Part shown: piece after piece, positions 10,548 through 21,377 of the stretch
How positions within the stretch are numbered: position 1 is the first letter of the stretch
How the letters are laid out: every line of letters starts with the position of its first letter
The notes under the pieces: generated by a model
Databases searched by the model: none
What the model was told of the DNA's origin: nothing
Seen by the model: the letters and a program-made list of their open reading frames with translations, nothing else
Program-made: the position numbers and the translations under genes
Virus record (IMG/VR): IMGVR_UViG_3300031088_000759
Reading direction: 5' to 3' (one strand)
DNA length: 64,000 nucleotides
Origin: a virus

Positions 10548-11391
10548 CTTCTAATATTACCCCCTCATTATCAACTGCTATTAATTGAACTTTATCAAAA
10601 CTTCCAAAAACATCCGAGTACATTCTTTCTTGTTTTCCGACCACAATATATCGAGAATTACGAGGCAATAGAACTTCTGATTCATGTGATACACTACTGA
10701 TAGAAGTAATGTTTAAACCTTGTGGAGTGATTATCTCAAAAAGAATTCCGTGTTTGTCCATATTTGTGAAATTTCCAGCGATTATGGGGTTTGTGGAAGT
10801 GCTCTGATAGCCTTTAAAGCTTACTGTTTCGCCTAATTGAAGATTGTTTATCGAATATGTTTCAGCATTATCTATGGAAACACCTCTGTAGAGAATTCTT
10901 TGCTCAGTTTTTCTATTAAGAGCTTCATCTATTAGATTAACTTGTTTTAATGTTTTTTCATCATTTTTATACTCTTGTGAATAAACTTTTTCGTTGAACC
11001 ATTCTGTGTATCTATCACTGTACCCTTTAATTGCTTCTATTGTTTCTTCATCAAGGTTTTCGCATTCTTTTTTAGATTGTTTCCATTCTTCATCAGTAGA
11101 TAAACCATCAGGGTATTCATCATTTGACCATTCAGTGAAACCGAATTTTTTATAGGATTCATTGTCAAGTTTGTCTGTTTCAATCTTTCCTTGTATGTTA
11201 ATTACTTTGTTATCACTTTTTTCTTTTCGAAGCATTGGGAAAGTTTCTAAATGTGCTGTACTAGCTTCAATAGCTTCTTTTTTGGTTGTGTAATGGGTGA
11301 TTTCTTCCCCATTTTCAGAAAATTTACATTTCTTCCTTGCAAAACAGCGTCCAATTTTTCCGGTTTCAAGATTGATATGGTATTTTGACAT
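10522..11391 (-). CDS. YH-C-C-H leader + ADP-ribosyltransferase (R-S-E clade)
   Basis: LYRGV, GYQSTS, HESEVLLPR motifs; conserved leader. Confidence 0.85.
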   Translation of the reverse strand: MSKYHINLETGKIGRCFARKKCKFSENGEEITHYTTKKEAIEASTAHLETFPMLRKEKSDNKVINIQGKIETDKLDNESYKKFGFTEWSNDEYPDGLSTDEEWKQSKKECENLDEETIEAIKGYSDRYTEWFNEKVYSQEYKNDEKTLKQVNLIDEALNRKTEQRILYRGVSIDNAETYSINNLQLGETVSFKGYQSTSTNPIIAGNFTNMDKHGILFEIITPQGLNITSISSVSHESEVLLPRNSRYIVVGKQERMYSDVFGSFDKVQLIAVDNEGVILEDDKVPHKQ

Positions 11392-11520
11392 TTTTGTATC
11401 CTCATAGTCTTGATGTCATATGTTTTTCTAATCGAAAGAGCCTTGTTTAAAAACGCATATAAAGAAGTGCTTGAACAAAGATATCAGAAAGTTTGTTCAA
11501 GCACTTCAGGATTGTTTTTA

Positions 11521-12009
11521 TTAGATTTTTTCGTATTCAAAGAACTGGTATGTCAATCCTTTTGCTGACTTTTGTTCATACGATTTATATTTAATTTTGA
11601 ATGAGTTTTCATCTATTTTTGGCGCTTTGACCGAATGTGGATCGGTGTTTTCGTAGCCGATTTTAGTGATTCTAATTCTATCAGCGTATGGCATGAAATA
11701 TTCGTAAACTTTTCCTCCACCAATAATCCAAAAAATTTCCCCATCATCTGATCTATTGATGATTTCCTGCCCGTTTAAGAGAGTTTCAGCGCCAGGAGCA
11801 CTATATGTGTCATCAGAGGTTAAAACAATGTTCCTGCGCCCAGGGAGCGGCTTCTGAGGCAATGACTCCCAAGTATTCCTGCCCATAACAACAGTAGAGT
11901 TTAATGTCGTGTTTTTAAAGTATTTGAAATCTTCAGGAACATGCCACGGAATAGTGTTATTAATCCCGATTGTTCCATCTAAAGCTTCGGCCCAGATCAT
12001 TGAAATCAT
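11521..12009 (-). CDS. folA: dihydrofolate reductase
   Basis: IGINNTIPWHVPEDFKYFK, VMGRNTWES, LPGRRNIVL, IIGGGKVY. Confidence 0.95.
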   Translation of the reverse strand: MISMIWAEALDGTIGINNTIPWHVPEDFKYFKNTTLNSTVVMGRNTWESLPQKPLPGRRNIVLTSDDTYSAPGAETLLNGQEIINRSDDGEIFWIIGGGKVYEYFMPYADRIRITKIGYENTDPHSVKAPKIDENSFKIKYKSYEQKSAKGLTYQFFEYEKI

Positions 12010-12082
12010 TTGATATAGTCTCCTTCTTATGTTTTTTAGAATTATCTTAAAATAGTTTGAATTATTTCACAATTGTTTAAAT

Positions 12083-13672
12083 TTAGTTATGAGGAGAACT
12101 CAAAAAGCTATTCTTATGAGTATTGTACAATGAATTAGTAATATCCTTGTCTTTTATAAGGGAATTGTTCAAAGTAATAATTAAATTATCGGGATGTTTA
12201 ATATTTTCATTAATCTTACCTGAATTAACTTTGTTAACCTTGTTCACTAATTCGCTGGCTTCTAAGTCAGATACTAATTTTTTGTAATTTACACTATCTA
12301 TTTTAAAGTCAATCATTGGAACAGAAGTTAAAGTTTCTTTTGAAAGTGTCATTCCGCCATCATTCACTCTCCACCACCAATACATCAGGCTACTATTCAA
12401 TAATAAATAAGCATTATTCATGGCTTCTTCATTTTCAAAAAATATTTTATGAAAAGATGATCTATTAAGAGTTGTTTTACAAGCCGAAATGAAATATCTT
12501 GGTGTGCCTGGAACGATTAAAAAGAAGTCGGTTGCTCTTTGTGAAATAATTGAAGATAATCTCGGCAATTCAATAATAGATTCGTAATAATTTATTAAAT
12601 CTTTGTGAATTTTAGGGATGATACTATCGTGTTTGAATATAGTAGTAGTCAATTGATTGTCAAAATTGGATATGGCTGTTTCGCGGTCTTCTGTTTTCCA
12701 TCGAAGTAAAGGTGTCACTTTATGAACAGTTGATTTAGAAACTCCTCGTTTTTTAGCAATGATAATTGAAGCCCTCACTGAATTAGAAGTATTAGTGTTT
12801 TTACTCCCATATTTGTATCCTTTGAAAATACTATCAGGAATATTGTCAAAAGCATATATTGACAATTCTTCCATATTTTCGATAAGTAAATTACGTAGTT
12901 TGTTAAATTTTCTGCTATTTATGAAAGACTGCGGAGTAATAGATATAAAACCTTCCGCTTCTAGAATTATTTTTTCAAGAAAATAGCCGTATATATCTCT
13001 ACTTTCAGCAGTGATGAATCTGTGATCTTGTTTAGCTGAAATATATGGCGGATTGACAATTACATAATCATACTCAACATGAGAATTTTTTACTGAAATT
13101 TCTTTGTCATATTTTTCTAAAAAGTTCTTATGAACAAAATTTTTGCTAATTCTGCTATAATAATTTTCGGTTGTGTTCTGGAAGTGAAGTGCAAAGATAA
13201 CATGAGCAATTTTTAAGGCTAATTGATCAATGTCTTGAAGAATAAGATTGTTTTCAACAAATGACTCTGGATTTTCTTGAATGCTTGCTAAATGATAAGA
13301 AAGGTTTCCAATTCCGGAGCAAGGATCTAACCAAATTTTATTCTTCTCAAAATTATGCGATTTTTCGGACATGAAAGCAGCAATATCTTGTGGAGTATAA
13401 TACGCACCGGATTGTTTTCTTTTATCACTGTCAGCAGTAGCAAGGCTGTATTCATAAAATAGAGAAATATCAACCAAAGACATGTCTAGCAGGCCACTGG
13501 ACTCATACATATCAAAATTCTTGAAATCATTATGATTACTGAAGTCTTCTTTATTATTCTTTTTAGAATATTCGAAAATATATGTTTTGAGTATCTGCAT
13601 CCATATAGTTTCTATGTCTTTATTTTGAAGTTCTTTCTTTAAAAACTTTAGCATGTATGAGTCCAATGCCAT
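12083..13672 (-). CDS. N6-adenine DNA methyltransferase (Eco57I/TaqI-like)
   Basis: GAYYTP, LDPCSGIG SAM motif, NPPY catalytic motif. Confidence 0.85.
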   Translation of the reverse strand: MALDSYMLKFLKKELQNKDIETIWMQILKTYIFEYSKKNNKEDFSNHNDFKNFDMYESSGLLDMSLVDISLFYEYSLATADSDKRKQSGAYYTPQDIAAFMSEKSHNFEKNKIWLDPCSGIGNLSYHLASIQENPESFVENNLILQDIDQLALKIAHVIFALHFQNTTENYYSRISKNFVHKNFLEKYDKEISVKNSHVEYDYVIVNPPYISAKQDHRFITAESRDIYGYFLEKIILEAEGFISITPQSFINSRKFNKLRNLLIENMEELSIYAFDNIPDSIFKGYKYGSKNTNTSNSVRASIIIAKKRGVSKSTVHKVTPLLRWKTEDRETAISNFDNQLTTTIFKHDSIIPKIHKDLINYYESIIELPRLSSIISQRATDFFLIVPGTPRYFISACKTTLNRSSFHKIFFENEEAMNNAYLLLNSSLMYWWWRVNDGGMTLSKETLTSVPMIDFKIDSVNYKKLVSDLEASELVNKVNKVNSGKINENIKHPDNLIITLNNSLIKDKDITNSLYNTHKNSFLSSPHN

Positions 13673-13736
13673 CCTATATTTCTCCTTGTAGATTACAATA
13701 CCTTAAATAACTTATTAATTTTTTTGACTTATAAAA

Positions 13737-15071
13737 TCACACAGAAACTTGTCCTTTTATTGCAGGGTGATGCTGGTAGTTTTCAAGAACAACGTCATTA
13801 ATGCTGTAGGAAAAAATATCATCTGCTTGACGAAGTTTTAAAGTAGGGAATTCATAAACTTCACGACTAATCTGTTCTTCAACTTGCTCTACAAGGTTAT
13901 TATAAATATGGCAATCTCCACCTGTCCATACAAAATCCCCTACTTCTAGCCCTACTTGTTGAGCTACCATGTGAGTCAAAAGAGCATAGGAAGCAATATT
14001 AAAAGGAACACCTAAGAATAAGTCAGCACTGCGTTGATAAAGTTGACAAGAAAGTTTTCCATCAGCTACATAGAACTGGAAGAAAGCATGACAAGGCATC
14101 AAAGCCATATTGTCAAGCTCAGCAGCATTCCAAGCAGAAACAATCATTCTACGAGAATCCGGATTAGTTTTCAAAGTTTCGATAACTTCAGAAATCTGAT
14201 CAACATAGACTTGCTTTCTCCACACGAAACCTTCTGGAGGTAAAACAAATTTTATATCTTCACGATTAGGAATGTCATTATATTTCTTTTTATAATCAGC
14301 TAATGAAGCAAATTTTTCATCATCTTTTACTATTACATCATCTTCAACAATCGGATTAGAACCGTTTTTCAAGAAAACAGTAGTATGAGGTCCATAGACA
14401 TTTGTATCAAAATATTCAGCGTTTAAGCTATAACCACCGTACATAGACCATTCATGATAGCCAGGAACAGTATTGATAGTCTTAGCAAACATTTCAAAGC
14501 TGTGCCATATAGGAGAAACTACATGTGTATTCTCATAGTAGAATCTTTCATCATTTTTGTTATAAGCATGAGACATTACATCAAGCCATAAATCTTTGAT
14601 ACGTTCAGGTGTGTTTTGAACTTCTTCACCTAAAAACCCAACTCCATAAACATTTCTAGCGTACTTCTCATTGTCTGGATCCTGATCTTCAGGAATTAAG
14701 TATTCAAAATCACGATATTTGTCTTCTCGTTTTGGAACGGGGACAATCTTTTCACTAGGTGAATACCATGCTCTCCATTGAGCGGAATACCCCGGACCAA
14801 TAGTTCCATCAGAATTTTGCCATTCATTCCAAATTCTAATTTTTTGTTCTGAAAGATTGCTATTTTTCGTATCACCATTTAAGAACCAAAGCAGCTCACC
14901 TATTATAGAACGTGTATGCACTTTCTTTGTAGTGATAAGAGGAAAACCTTCTGAAAGGTTAAATTTCATTTGATGTCCAAAAGAACTGATAGTACCTGTT
15001 CCTGTTCTATCTCCCTTTTTTACCCCATTGTCTAACACATGCTTTAAAAGATCTTCATACTCAGTATTCAT
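13737..15071 (-). CDS. thyA: thymidylate synthase with ~180-aa in-frame insertion
   Basis: [43 protein letters not shown]; 444 aa versus ~264 typical. Confidence 0.92.
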   Translation of the reverse strand: MNTEYEDLLKHVLDNGVKKGDRTGTGTISSFGHQMKFNLSEGFPLITTKKVHTRSIIGELLWFLNGDTKNSNLSEQKIRIWNEWQNSDGTIGPGYSAQWRAWYSPSEKIVPVPKREDKYRDFEYLIPEDQDPDNEKYARNVYGVGFLGEEVQNTPERIKDLWLDVMSHAYNKNDERFYYENTHVVSPIWHSFEMFAKTINTVPGYHEWSMYGGYSLNAEYFDTNVYGPHTTVFLKNGSNPIVEDDVIVKDDEKFASLADYKKKYNDIPNREDIKFVLPPEGFVWRKQVYVDQISEVIETLKTNPDSRRMIVSAWNAAELDNMALMPCHAFFQFYVADGKLSCQLYQRSADLFLGVPFNIASYALLTHMVAQQVGLEVGDFVWTGGDCHIYNNLVEQVEEQISREVYEFPTLKLRQADDIFSYSINDVVLENYQHHPAIKGQVSV

Positions 15072-15166
15072 AAAATTTTACTCCTATAATTTGTTCTCTG
15101 ATAGAACAATTGTTTCCTTTAATTAACGCTAACTATCTTATCAAGAAGAATCTTCAAATGTTGTGT

Positions 15167-15640
15167 TCACCAGTCTTTTCCAAAAGTTATTTCCACTGGA
15201 TACTCATCACCAGGAAATATAGTGCAAAGCATTTCTGTGCTTTTTGGTTGAGGCATATCAGAACTTGTAGAAGGAGTTCGAAGAACAGCGTTCAACTCAT
15301 ATGTTCCAACACGGGTTTCATAAATAAAATCTCCTTCTAGAGGCTGATCAATACTTACATAATCAATGCCAAGAGCGTTTAATTCTAATTCGCACACTTG
15401 TATAACTTCTTCATCCGAACCCGAGAAATCTGACATGATTTCATCAATTGAAGAAACATATGTTTCTTCTTCAAGAGCATTCTCTGTCTGAGTTGCTGAA
15501 GTTGAATCAGTTGGGTTTGCTTGTTCTTCTCTGTTCATTCCAAAAATGATAAAAACCACTAATAATAAAGCTAGAGCAATTGCTGAAATGGCTACAATTT
15601 TCCAAGTATTTTTCGAGGTGCCTTGTTCATTCTTCGTCAT
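15167..15640 (-). CDS. membrane-anchored hypothetical protein
   Basis: N-terminal hydrophobic helix then acidic domain. Confidence 0.65.
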   Translation of the reverse strand: MTKNEQGTSKNTWKIVAISAIALALLLVVFIIFGMNREEQANPTDSTSATQTENALEEETYVSSIDEIMSDFSGSDEEVIQVCELELNALGIDYVSIDQPLEGDFIYETRVGTYELNAVLRTPSTSSDMPQPKSTEMLCTIFPGDEYPVEITFGKDW

Positions 15641-16214
15641 ATTCTACTTCTTCTCTGTTAAAGCTAATTATGCTTCCTTCAGGGGATTTTTCATTGTCAA
15701 GTACCAGCCATTGAACTATATATTTATCACCATTCTTAGTGATGAAGTAATCTTTTTCTTTTGTGAAAATTTTTTCTTGTTCATCAATTTTTATATGTAT
15801 ACCTTCTGATGAATGTTTAATGTATTCGAGGGTTGTTCCGTCTACCATCGTTCTTATAGGTAAACTCTTGCTAAGCATTATAGAGTATGAAGCTTTATCT
15901 ACCCAATCAGATGCTCTTTTGCTTATTTCAAAAGGTTCATAAGTATGTGTTTTAAATTGTTCATTGTCTTTGTATGTGTTTTTCCCTTTTGACAATAAAA
16001 TAAGTTTTGACTTCTCTACAATGCATGGATCACATATTGTCAAACAAAGACGGCTTTCGCCCATTTCGTCAAATATTGTGGAACCATAATGCCCATAAGT
16101 AGTGAATATAGTTCCATTGTAAGGAGTGTGACCTTCGTCAAATTCAGAAGGCCCCATAATACTATCAAGTTCTCTGTTGCATATAATACAGGTTAATTCG
16201 CAAGGATAAGTCAT
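15627..16214 (-). CDS. hypothetical Cys-containing phage protein
   Basis: CIIC...GHYGST..FD...ICDPC; overlaps downstream gene. Confidence 0.65.
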   Translation of the reverse strand: MTYPCELTCIICNRELDSIMGPSEFDEGHTPYNGTIFTTYGHYGSTIFDEMGESRLCLTICDPCIVEKSKLILLSKGKNTYKDNEQFKTHTYEPFEISKRASDWVDKASYSIMLSKSLPIRTMVDGTTLEYIKHSSEGIHIKIDEQEKIFTKEKDYFITKNGDKYIVQWLVLDNEKSPEGSIISFNREEVEYDEE

Positions 16215-16287
16215 AGAGGCTCCTGAAATTTAAATTTTGTACAAGATTACATCAAATTTTAACATATAAAAAACTAAAAAACCATAA

Positions 16288-16334
16288 AAGCTGTAGAAGC
16301 CACTATTGAAAGTTTTAGTGGCTTCTACAGCTTT
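16288..16334 (-). terminator. hairpin after guaC
   Basis: aagctgtagaagccact...agtggcttctacagctt inverted repeat. Confidence 0.6.
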
Positions 16335-16338
16335 CGAA

Positions 16339-17316
16339 TCATTGATTATCAAGTAGTACGTATTCTACATTACGCAAATCTAATAGTTCTTTACCACCAG
16401 CATAAGATATAGAAGATTGAAGATTTTCACGAATAGTTCTCAAAGTTTCAGAAATAGCACCCTTGTAAGGAACGAACGCTTTTCTTCCTTCAACATACTT
16501 CTTTTCACCTTTTTGAAACTCACTGGCTGAACCAAAATATGCTTTTACTTTCTCACCGTTTTCTTCTTCAATAATTTCTCCAGGACTTTCGTCATGTCCA
16601 GCAAACATACTACCTACCATAACCATGTCAGCACCTAATGCTATGGCTTTAGCAATATCTCCATAATGACGAATTCCTCCATCAGCAATAACGTCAGCGG
16701 ATTGTAATGCTTCTGAAATCTTTTCAACTGCTGATAACTGATAGCCTCTTGTTCCAAAGCCAGTGTTTGGACCTGTGGTACACACAAAGCCGGGTGCAAC
16801 TCCTACTTTTATACAATGAGCACCTGCTTCTTCCAAATCAAGCGCACCTTCAACACTTCCAACATTACCAGCAATTATATATGAATCAGGAAGATGCTTT
16901 GAAATATACTTAATAACATCAATCACAGTGTCACTATGCCCATGGGCTACATCCACAGTAATATAATCAGGCGCTAGATTTAACTTCGAAAGATTATCCA
17001 CATGTTTATAATCATCTTCCTTGATACCAAGAGAAATCGACGTAAAAAGACCTTTCTCATTAAAATCTTTAACAAACTCAACAGGATCAACATCAAATCT
17101 GTGCATTACATAAAAATAATTATTAGAAGCCAAATACTCAGCTAATCCTTTATCAATAATAGTTGACATATTCGCTGGAACAACAGGTATCTCAAAAGAA
17201 ATTTTGCCTAATGTTATTTTTGTATCCGCTTCAGAACGTGATGTTATGAAGCTCTTACGAGGAACTAACATAACATCTTTGAAGTCAAATGTTTTCATGT
17301 CTAATCTTTTTGCCAT
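16339..17316 (-). CDS. guaC: GMP reductase
   Basis: PVVPANM, VMHRF, VDVAHGHS, IAGNV, KVGVAPGFVCTT, IADGGIR, YFGSAS, LQSSISYAGG. Confidence 0.9.
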   Translation of the reverse strand: MAKRLDMKTFDFKDVMLVPRKSFITSRSEADTKITLGKISFEIPVVPANMSTIIDKGLAEYLASNNYFYVMHRFDVDPVEFVKDFNEKGLFTSISLGIKEDDYKHVDNLSKLNLAPDYITVDVAHGHSDTVIDVIKYISKHLPDSYIIAGNVGSVEGALDLEEAGAHCIKVGVAPGFVCTTGPNTGFGTRGYQLSAVEKISEALQSADVIADGGIRHYGDIAKAIALGADMVMVGSMFAGHDESPGEIIEEENGEKVKAYFGSASEFQKGEKKYVEGRKAFVPYKGAISETLRTIRENLQSSISYAGGKELLDLRNVEYVLLDNQ

Positions 17317-17714
17317 ATGACGCAGCCACCTTTTGTGTTTTTGATCAAATATTACGGTTTATCAACCATTCCATTATATCAATTTGTGGAAGTTAAATGC
17401 TTAACATAAAGGATAATTTTACTTATTATCTCAGGGAATGCCACTAGCACCAAGCTTTATTAAGTACTAATAAATGCTGAGGGTCGATTTGGAAGGCTTT
17501 TAACGTGGTTTTTCGGGGTAGCCTGAAAATGTAAAACGCTAAAGCGACAAGCTTATTTACATACCATGTAAGATTCAAAACCGAGCCCTACTGAAAGCTT
17601 GTCCCATACATAGAATGTTCCTCATTTATAATTCATCTTTGCCTGCTGTTTTTCTGATTTTATGTGTTAAAATGTTTTTGTAAGATATTTAATACGTCCT
17701 GAACGTATTAAAAA

Positions 17715-20411
17715 ATGTGCTATATGAATGATGAGAGGTTTATTTTGAAAGTTTTAGAAACATTCTTGCGAGCTGGTGAAGGTGACGAGCGTAGAAAGTT
17801 AGAAAAAGTAGCTGATAGAATCATTGCGCTTGAAAAAAAGATAGAACAGTTATCCGATGATGAGCTAAAGAGCAAAACAGAAGAATTCAAGAACAGATTG
17901 ATTAGTGGTGAAAAACTGGATAATCTTACGGTAGAAGCCTTTGCTGTTGTTCGTGAAGCTGCATATAGAGTACTTGGATTAAAAGCTTATAAAGTTCAGC
18001 TTATGGCTGGATTGACTCTTCACGCTGGAAAGATAGCAGAACAAAAAACAGGTGAAGGAAAGTCTTTAACAGCTGTGTTTCCTTCTTATCTTAATGCTTT
18101 GACTGAAGAAGGTGTTCATGTAGTTACTGTTAATGATTATTTGGCACAATATCAAGGTCAACAAATGGGGCGTGTTTTTTCAGCTTTAGGAATGTCAACA
18201 GGTATTATGCAAAATGGTCAATCTATTTCTGATAGGCGTTCTCAATATGAAGCTGATGTTACTTATGGAACAAATAATGAATTTGGTTTTGACTATTTGA
18301 AAGATAACATGGTACAAAACTTAAATGAAAAAGTTCAAAGAGGACATACTTTTGCTATTGTTGACGAAGTTGACTCAATTCTTATTGACGAAGCAAGAAC
18401 ACCTTTGATTATATCCGGTCCTGCTGAAAGGCAAGTTGATAAATGGTTTAACATATTCGCAAAAATAGCAAAAACTCTTGTGATTGATGAACATTATGAA
18501 GTAGATTTAAAGAAAAGATCTGTTTCAGTTCTTCCCGAAGGGATTTCTAAAGTTGAAGATGCTTTGGGTATTAATAATCTTTATATTAAAGAGAACACTC
18601 CTCTTATTGGTTATTTGAACAATGCTGTAAGAGCAAAAGAGTTGTTTAAACTTGATAAGGATTATGTTGTCAGGGATGGACAAATTCAAATTGTTGACGA
18701 ACATACAGGTAGAATACTTTCTGGAAGAAGATACAACGATGGAATTCATCAGGCAATTGAGGCTAAAGAACGTGTTGAAGTTATGCCTGAGAACCAGACT
18801 TATGCTACGATTACTGTACAAAATTATTTCAAGCAGTATAAAAAGCTTTCTGGAATGACAGGTACAGCAGAAACAGAAGCAGCTGAATTTTCTGGGACTT
18901 ATAAACTAGGGGTAGTTCCGATTGCTACGAATAAAGCAGTAAAAAGAATAGATCAGCCTGATAAGATTTATAGAACAGAAGAGGCTAAGTTCAACGCGGT
19001 TGTTGAAGAAATTGCTAAAAGACACAGTACTGGACAGCCTATTCTTATAGGAACCGCTAGTGTTTCTCGTTCAGAATATCTTTCAAAAAAGCTACATGAA
19101 GCTGGTGTTGAGCATAATGTATTAAACGCTAAACAACACGCTAAAGAAGCAAGTGTAGTAGCATTAGCGGGGACTAAAAACGCTGTAACAGTTGCTACTA
19201 ACATGGCCGGACGTGGAACAGACATTATTCTAGGCGGAAACGTAGACTTTATCACTACACAAATCCTTAACGATAAAGGTCTTACTCCCGAAGGCACTCC
19301 TGAACAATACGAAGAAGAGTGGGACAAAGTATTTAAAGAAGTTTCCGAAAGAGTAGAAAAAGAAGCAAGTGAAGTAAGAGAGCTTGGTGGCCTTTATGTG
19401 ATTGGAACAGAAAGGCATGAATCTAGAAGAATTGATAATCAGCTAAGAGGAAGATCAGGTCGTCAGGGAGATCCTGGAGAGTCAATTTTTTACTTATCAT
19501 TACAAGATGAGTTAGTAAGAAGATTTAATTCAGGAAATGCGTTGGATAGCATTATTTCTCGTGTAGTAGATGATAGTGTTCCTATTAGCGGAAAATTTGT
19601 TTCAGGTTCTATACAAACCGCTCAAAAGCAAATTGAAGCACTCAATTATGAAACTAGAAAAAACATTCTTAAATATGATGAAGTTTTGACGAAACAGCGC
19701 GAAATTCTTTATTCTGATAGAGACAACATCTTAAGTGGTTATGATCTTATGAAAACAGTCATTGTTTACATGAAAGACGTTACTGCTTCTATTGTTGACA
19801 AAACTGTATCTAAGAAAAAGGTCTCAGAAGAAGAGCTTGATAAAATAATCAAGTTAATGTCAAAAATCTATCCTATTTCAATAACAAAAGATTCACTAAC
19901 CGAAAAATACGGTGATGTTGAAAATATATCTCCTGAAACTTTAAAGACTGAGCTGATGGAAGATATGGATAAAGCCTATGACCGTCGTGAAAAAGAAATT
20001 GGATCTGAACGCATGAACGAATTAATTTCTAAAGTCATGATTGATGTTATGGATAAAAGATGGAGAGAACATCTTTATGAAATGGATTATTTGAAAGAAG
20101 GTATTGGTCTTCGTGCTATGGCTCAAAAGGATCCATTAGTAGAATACAATGAAGAAGGCTATCGTATGTTCAAAAATCTTCGTGAAATAGTTAAAGAAGA
20201 TGTTGTAATGTATATGTTCAATGCTGAAGTCTCTATTAAAAATGTTGAAAAAATGGCTAAAGAAGTCCCAGAAGAGGTACAAAAATTACTTTCTAGTGCT
20301 TCAAAAAATGAAAAAATTGTAAAAATTCTGGAACAAGAAAAACAAAATCAACAGAATACTAATCGAGCTGAACGTAGAAACAATAGAAAAGTTAAAAAAG
20401 CAACTAACTGA
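17715..20411 (+). CDS. secA: preprotein translocase ATPase SecA (actinobacterial type)
   Basis: LRAGEG, KTGEGKS, VDEVDSILIDEARTPLIISG, TNMAGRGTDI, RRIDNQLRGRSGRQGDPG; start may be a few codons downstream. Confidence 0.95.
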   Translation: MCYMNDERFILKVLETFLRAGEGDERRKLEKVADRIIALEKKIEQLSDDELKSKTEEFKNRLISGEKLDNLTVEAFAVVREAAYRVLGLKAYKVQLMAGLTLHAGKIAEQKTGEGKSLTAVFPSYLNALTEEGVHVVTVNDYLAQYQGQQMGRVFSALGMSTGIMQNGQSISDRRSQYEADVTYGTNNEFGFDYLKDNMVQNLNEKVQRGHTFAIVDEVDSILIDEARTPLIISGPAERQVDKWFNIFAKIAKTLVIDEHYEVDLKKRSVSVLPEGISKVEDALGINNLYIKENTPLIGYLNNAVRAKELFKLDKDYVVRDGQIQIVDEHTGRILSGRRYNDGIHQAIEAKERVEVMPENQTYATITVQNYFKQYKKLSGMTGTAETEAAEFSGTYKLGVVPIATNKAVKRIDQPDKIYRTEEAKFNAVVEEIAKRHSTGQPILIGTASVSRSEYLSKKLHEAGVEHNVLNAKQHAKEASVVALAGTKNAVTVATNMAGRGTDIILGGNVDFITTQILNDKGLTPEGTPEQYEEEWDKVFKEVSERVEKEASEVRELGGLYVIGTERHESRRIDNQLRGRSGRQGDPGESIFYLSLQDELVRRFNSGNALDSIISRVVDDSVPISGKFVSGSIQTAQKQIEALNYETRKNILKYDEVLTKQREILYSDRDNILSGYDLMKTVIVYMKDVTASIVDKTVSKKKVSEEELDKIIKLMSKIYPISITKDSLTEKYGDVENISPETLKTELMEDMDKAYDRREKEIGSERMNELISKVMIDVMDKRWREHLYEMDYLKEGIGLRAMAQKDPLVEYNEEGYRMFKNLREIVKEDVVMYMFNAEVSIKNVEKMAKEVPEEVQKLLSSASKNEKIVKILEQEKQNQQNTNRAERRNNRKVKKATN

Positions 20412-20588
20412 CAACTAACTGGAATTAGTACATTAGAAGTAATGTGTTTGATTAACAACAATTATTTTTCACAGAAGTAGCATAGCAGGTGATGGTAAGC
20501 GTCAAGTTTTTATTCATGTTGACGTAAGTGCCATCACCTGCTATACTGTATTAACAACATTACAGAATAGTTTAAGGAAAAATTATTT

Positions 20589-21185
20589 ATGGATACAGTA
20601 AACAATCTACTTTCAACAACATATCAAAATTCAATTACGCTTACTTTGCTTAAAAACGGTGGTGTAGATGACTGGGAATGGTATGACACATCTCTGGAAA
20701 ATCTTACCGAAGAAGAACTTAATGATTCTAATGCTTTTCTTAATGCTCTTGAGAACGGTGGTGTAGATAACTGGGAGTGGTATGATGAATCACTGACTGA
20801 TCTTTTTGATTATAATAGTTATCTTGATTCTTTTGAAAATGAGAACGATGAAGCATATGATTTTTATGAATGGCAAAATCATAAAGATGAGATTATTCAG
20901 AAGCCTATTGTTGAAAATCCGGCTGAGACTGAACCTACAGTGGAGAAGAGTCGTATTCAATCCTTGATTAGTGCTATTTCTGAAATTGTTGGTGAGGATA
21001 GAGCTATTGAAGTGTACGATAGTTGCGAACAGGCTGGAATTCTTAAGCGGAATGTGTTTCCAAAAGAATTTGGTAAAGCAATCAAAAACCCCACAGGAGG
21101 AAAGTTCAGTATGTCAGCTGTTCAAGAAACCTACGTTAATTTGATTCGTGGTAAGAAGTTGAAAGGCTTCATTGATTCGCTTTGA
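20589..21185 (+). CDS. hypothetical phage protein with duplicated GGVD(D/N)WEWYD motif
   Basis: two copies of motif; promoter TTGACG...TATACT upstream; AAGGA RBS. Confidence 0.75.
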   Translation: MDTVNNLLSTTYQNSITLTLLKNGGVDDWEWYDTSLENLTEEELNDSNAFLNALENGGVDNWEWYDESLTDLFDYNSYLDSFENENDEAYDFYEWQNHKDEIIQKPIVENPAETEPTVEKSRIQSLISAISEIVGEDRAIEVYDSCEQAGILKRNVFPKEFGKAIKNPTGGKFSMSAVQETYVNLIRGKKLKGFIDSL

Positions 21186-21377
21186 TACAAAACCATTGTA
21201 AGCGTTTCTAAAAGCGGGTATTTTCTTTATCAGTATCCCCGGCCAAATATACTGTTTTTAGAAAAACTTCTTTAAAAACGAAAAATAACCCCCAAATACT
21301 TTGGATTTTACCGTTAGTATTTGGGGGTTATTTTGTAATCCTTTTTCACGAAAGATTGATACTGGTATTTTTATCTT

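Noticed and set aside
14210-14755. Intein or group I intron in thyA
   Set aside because: No Cys/Ser start with His-Asn end; the frame is open throughout and no intron core is evident
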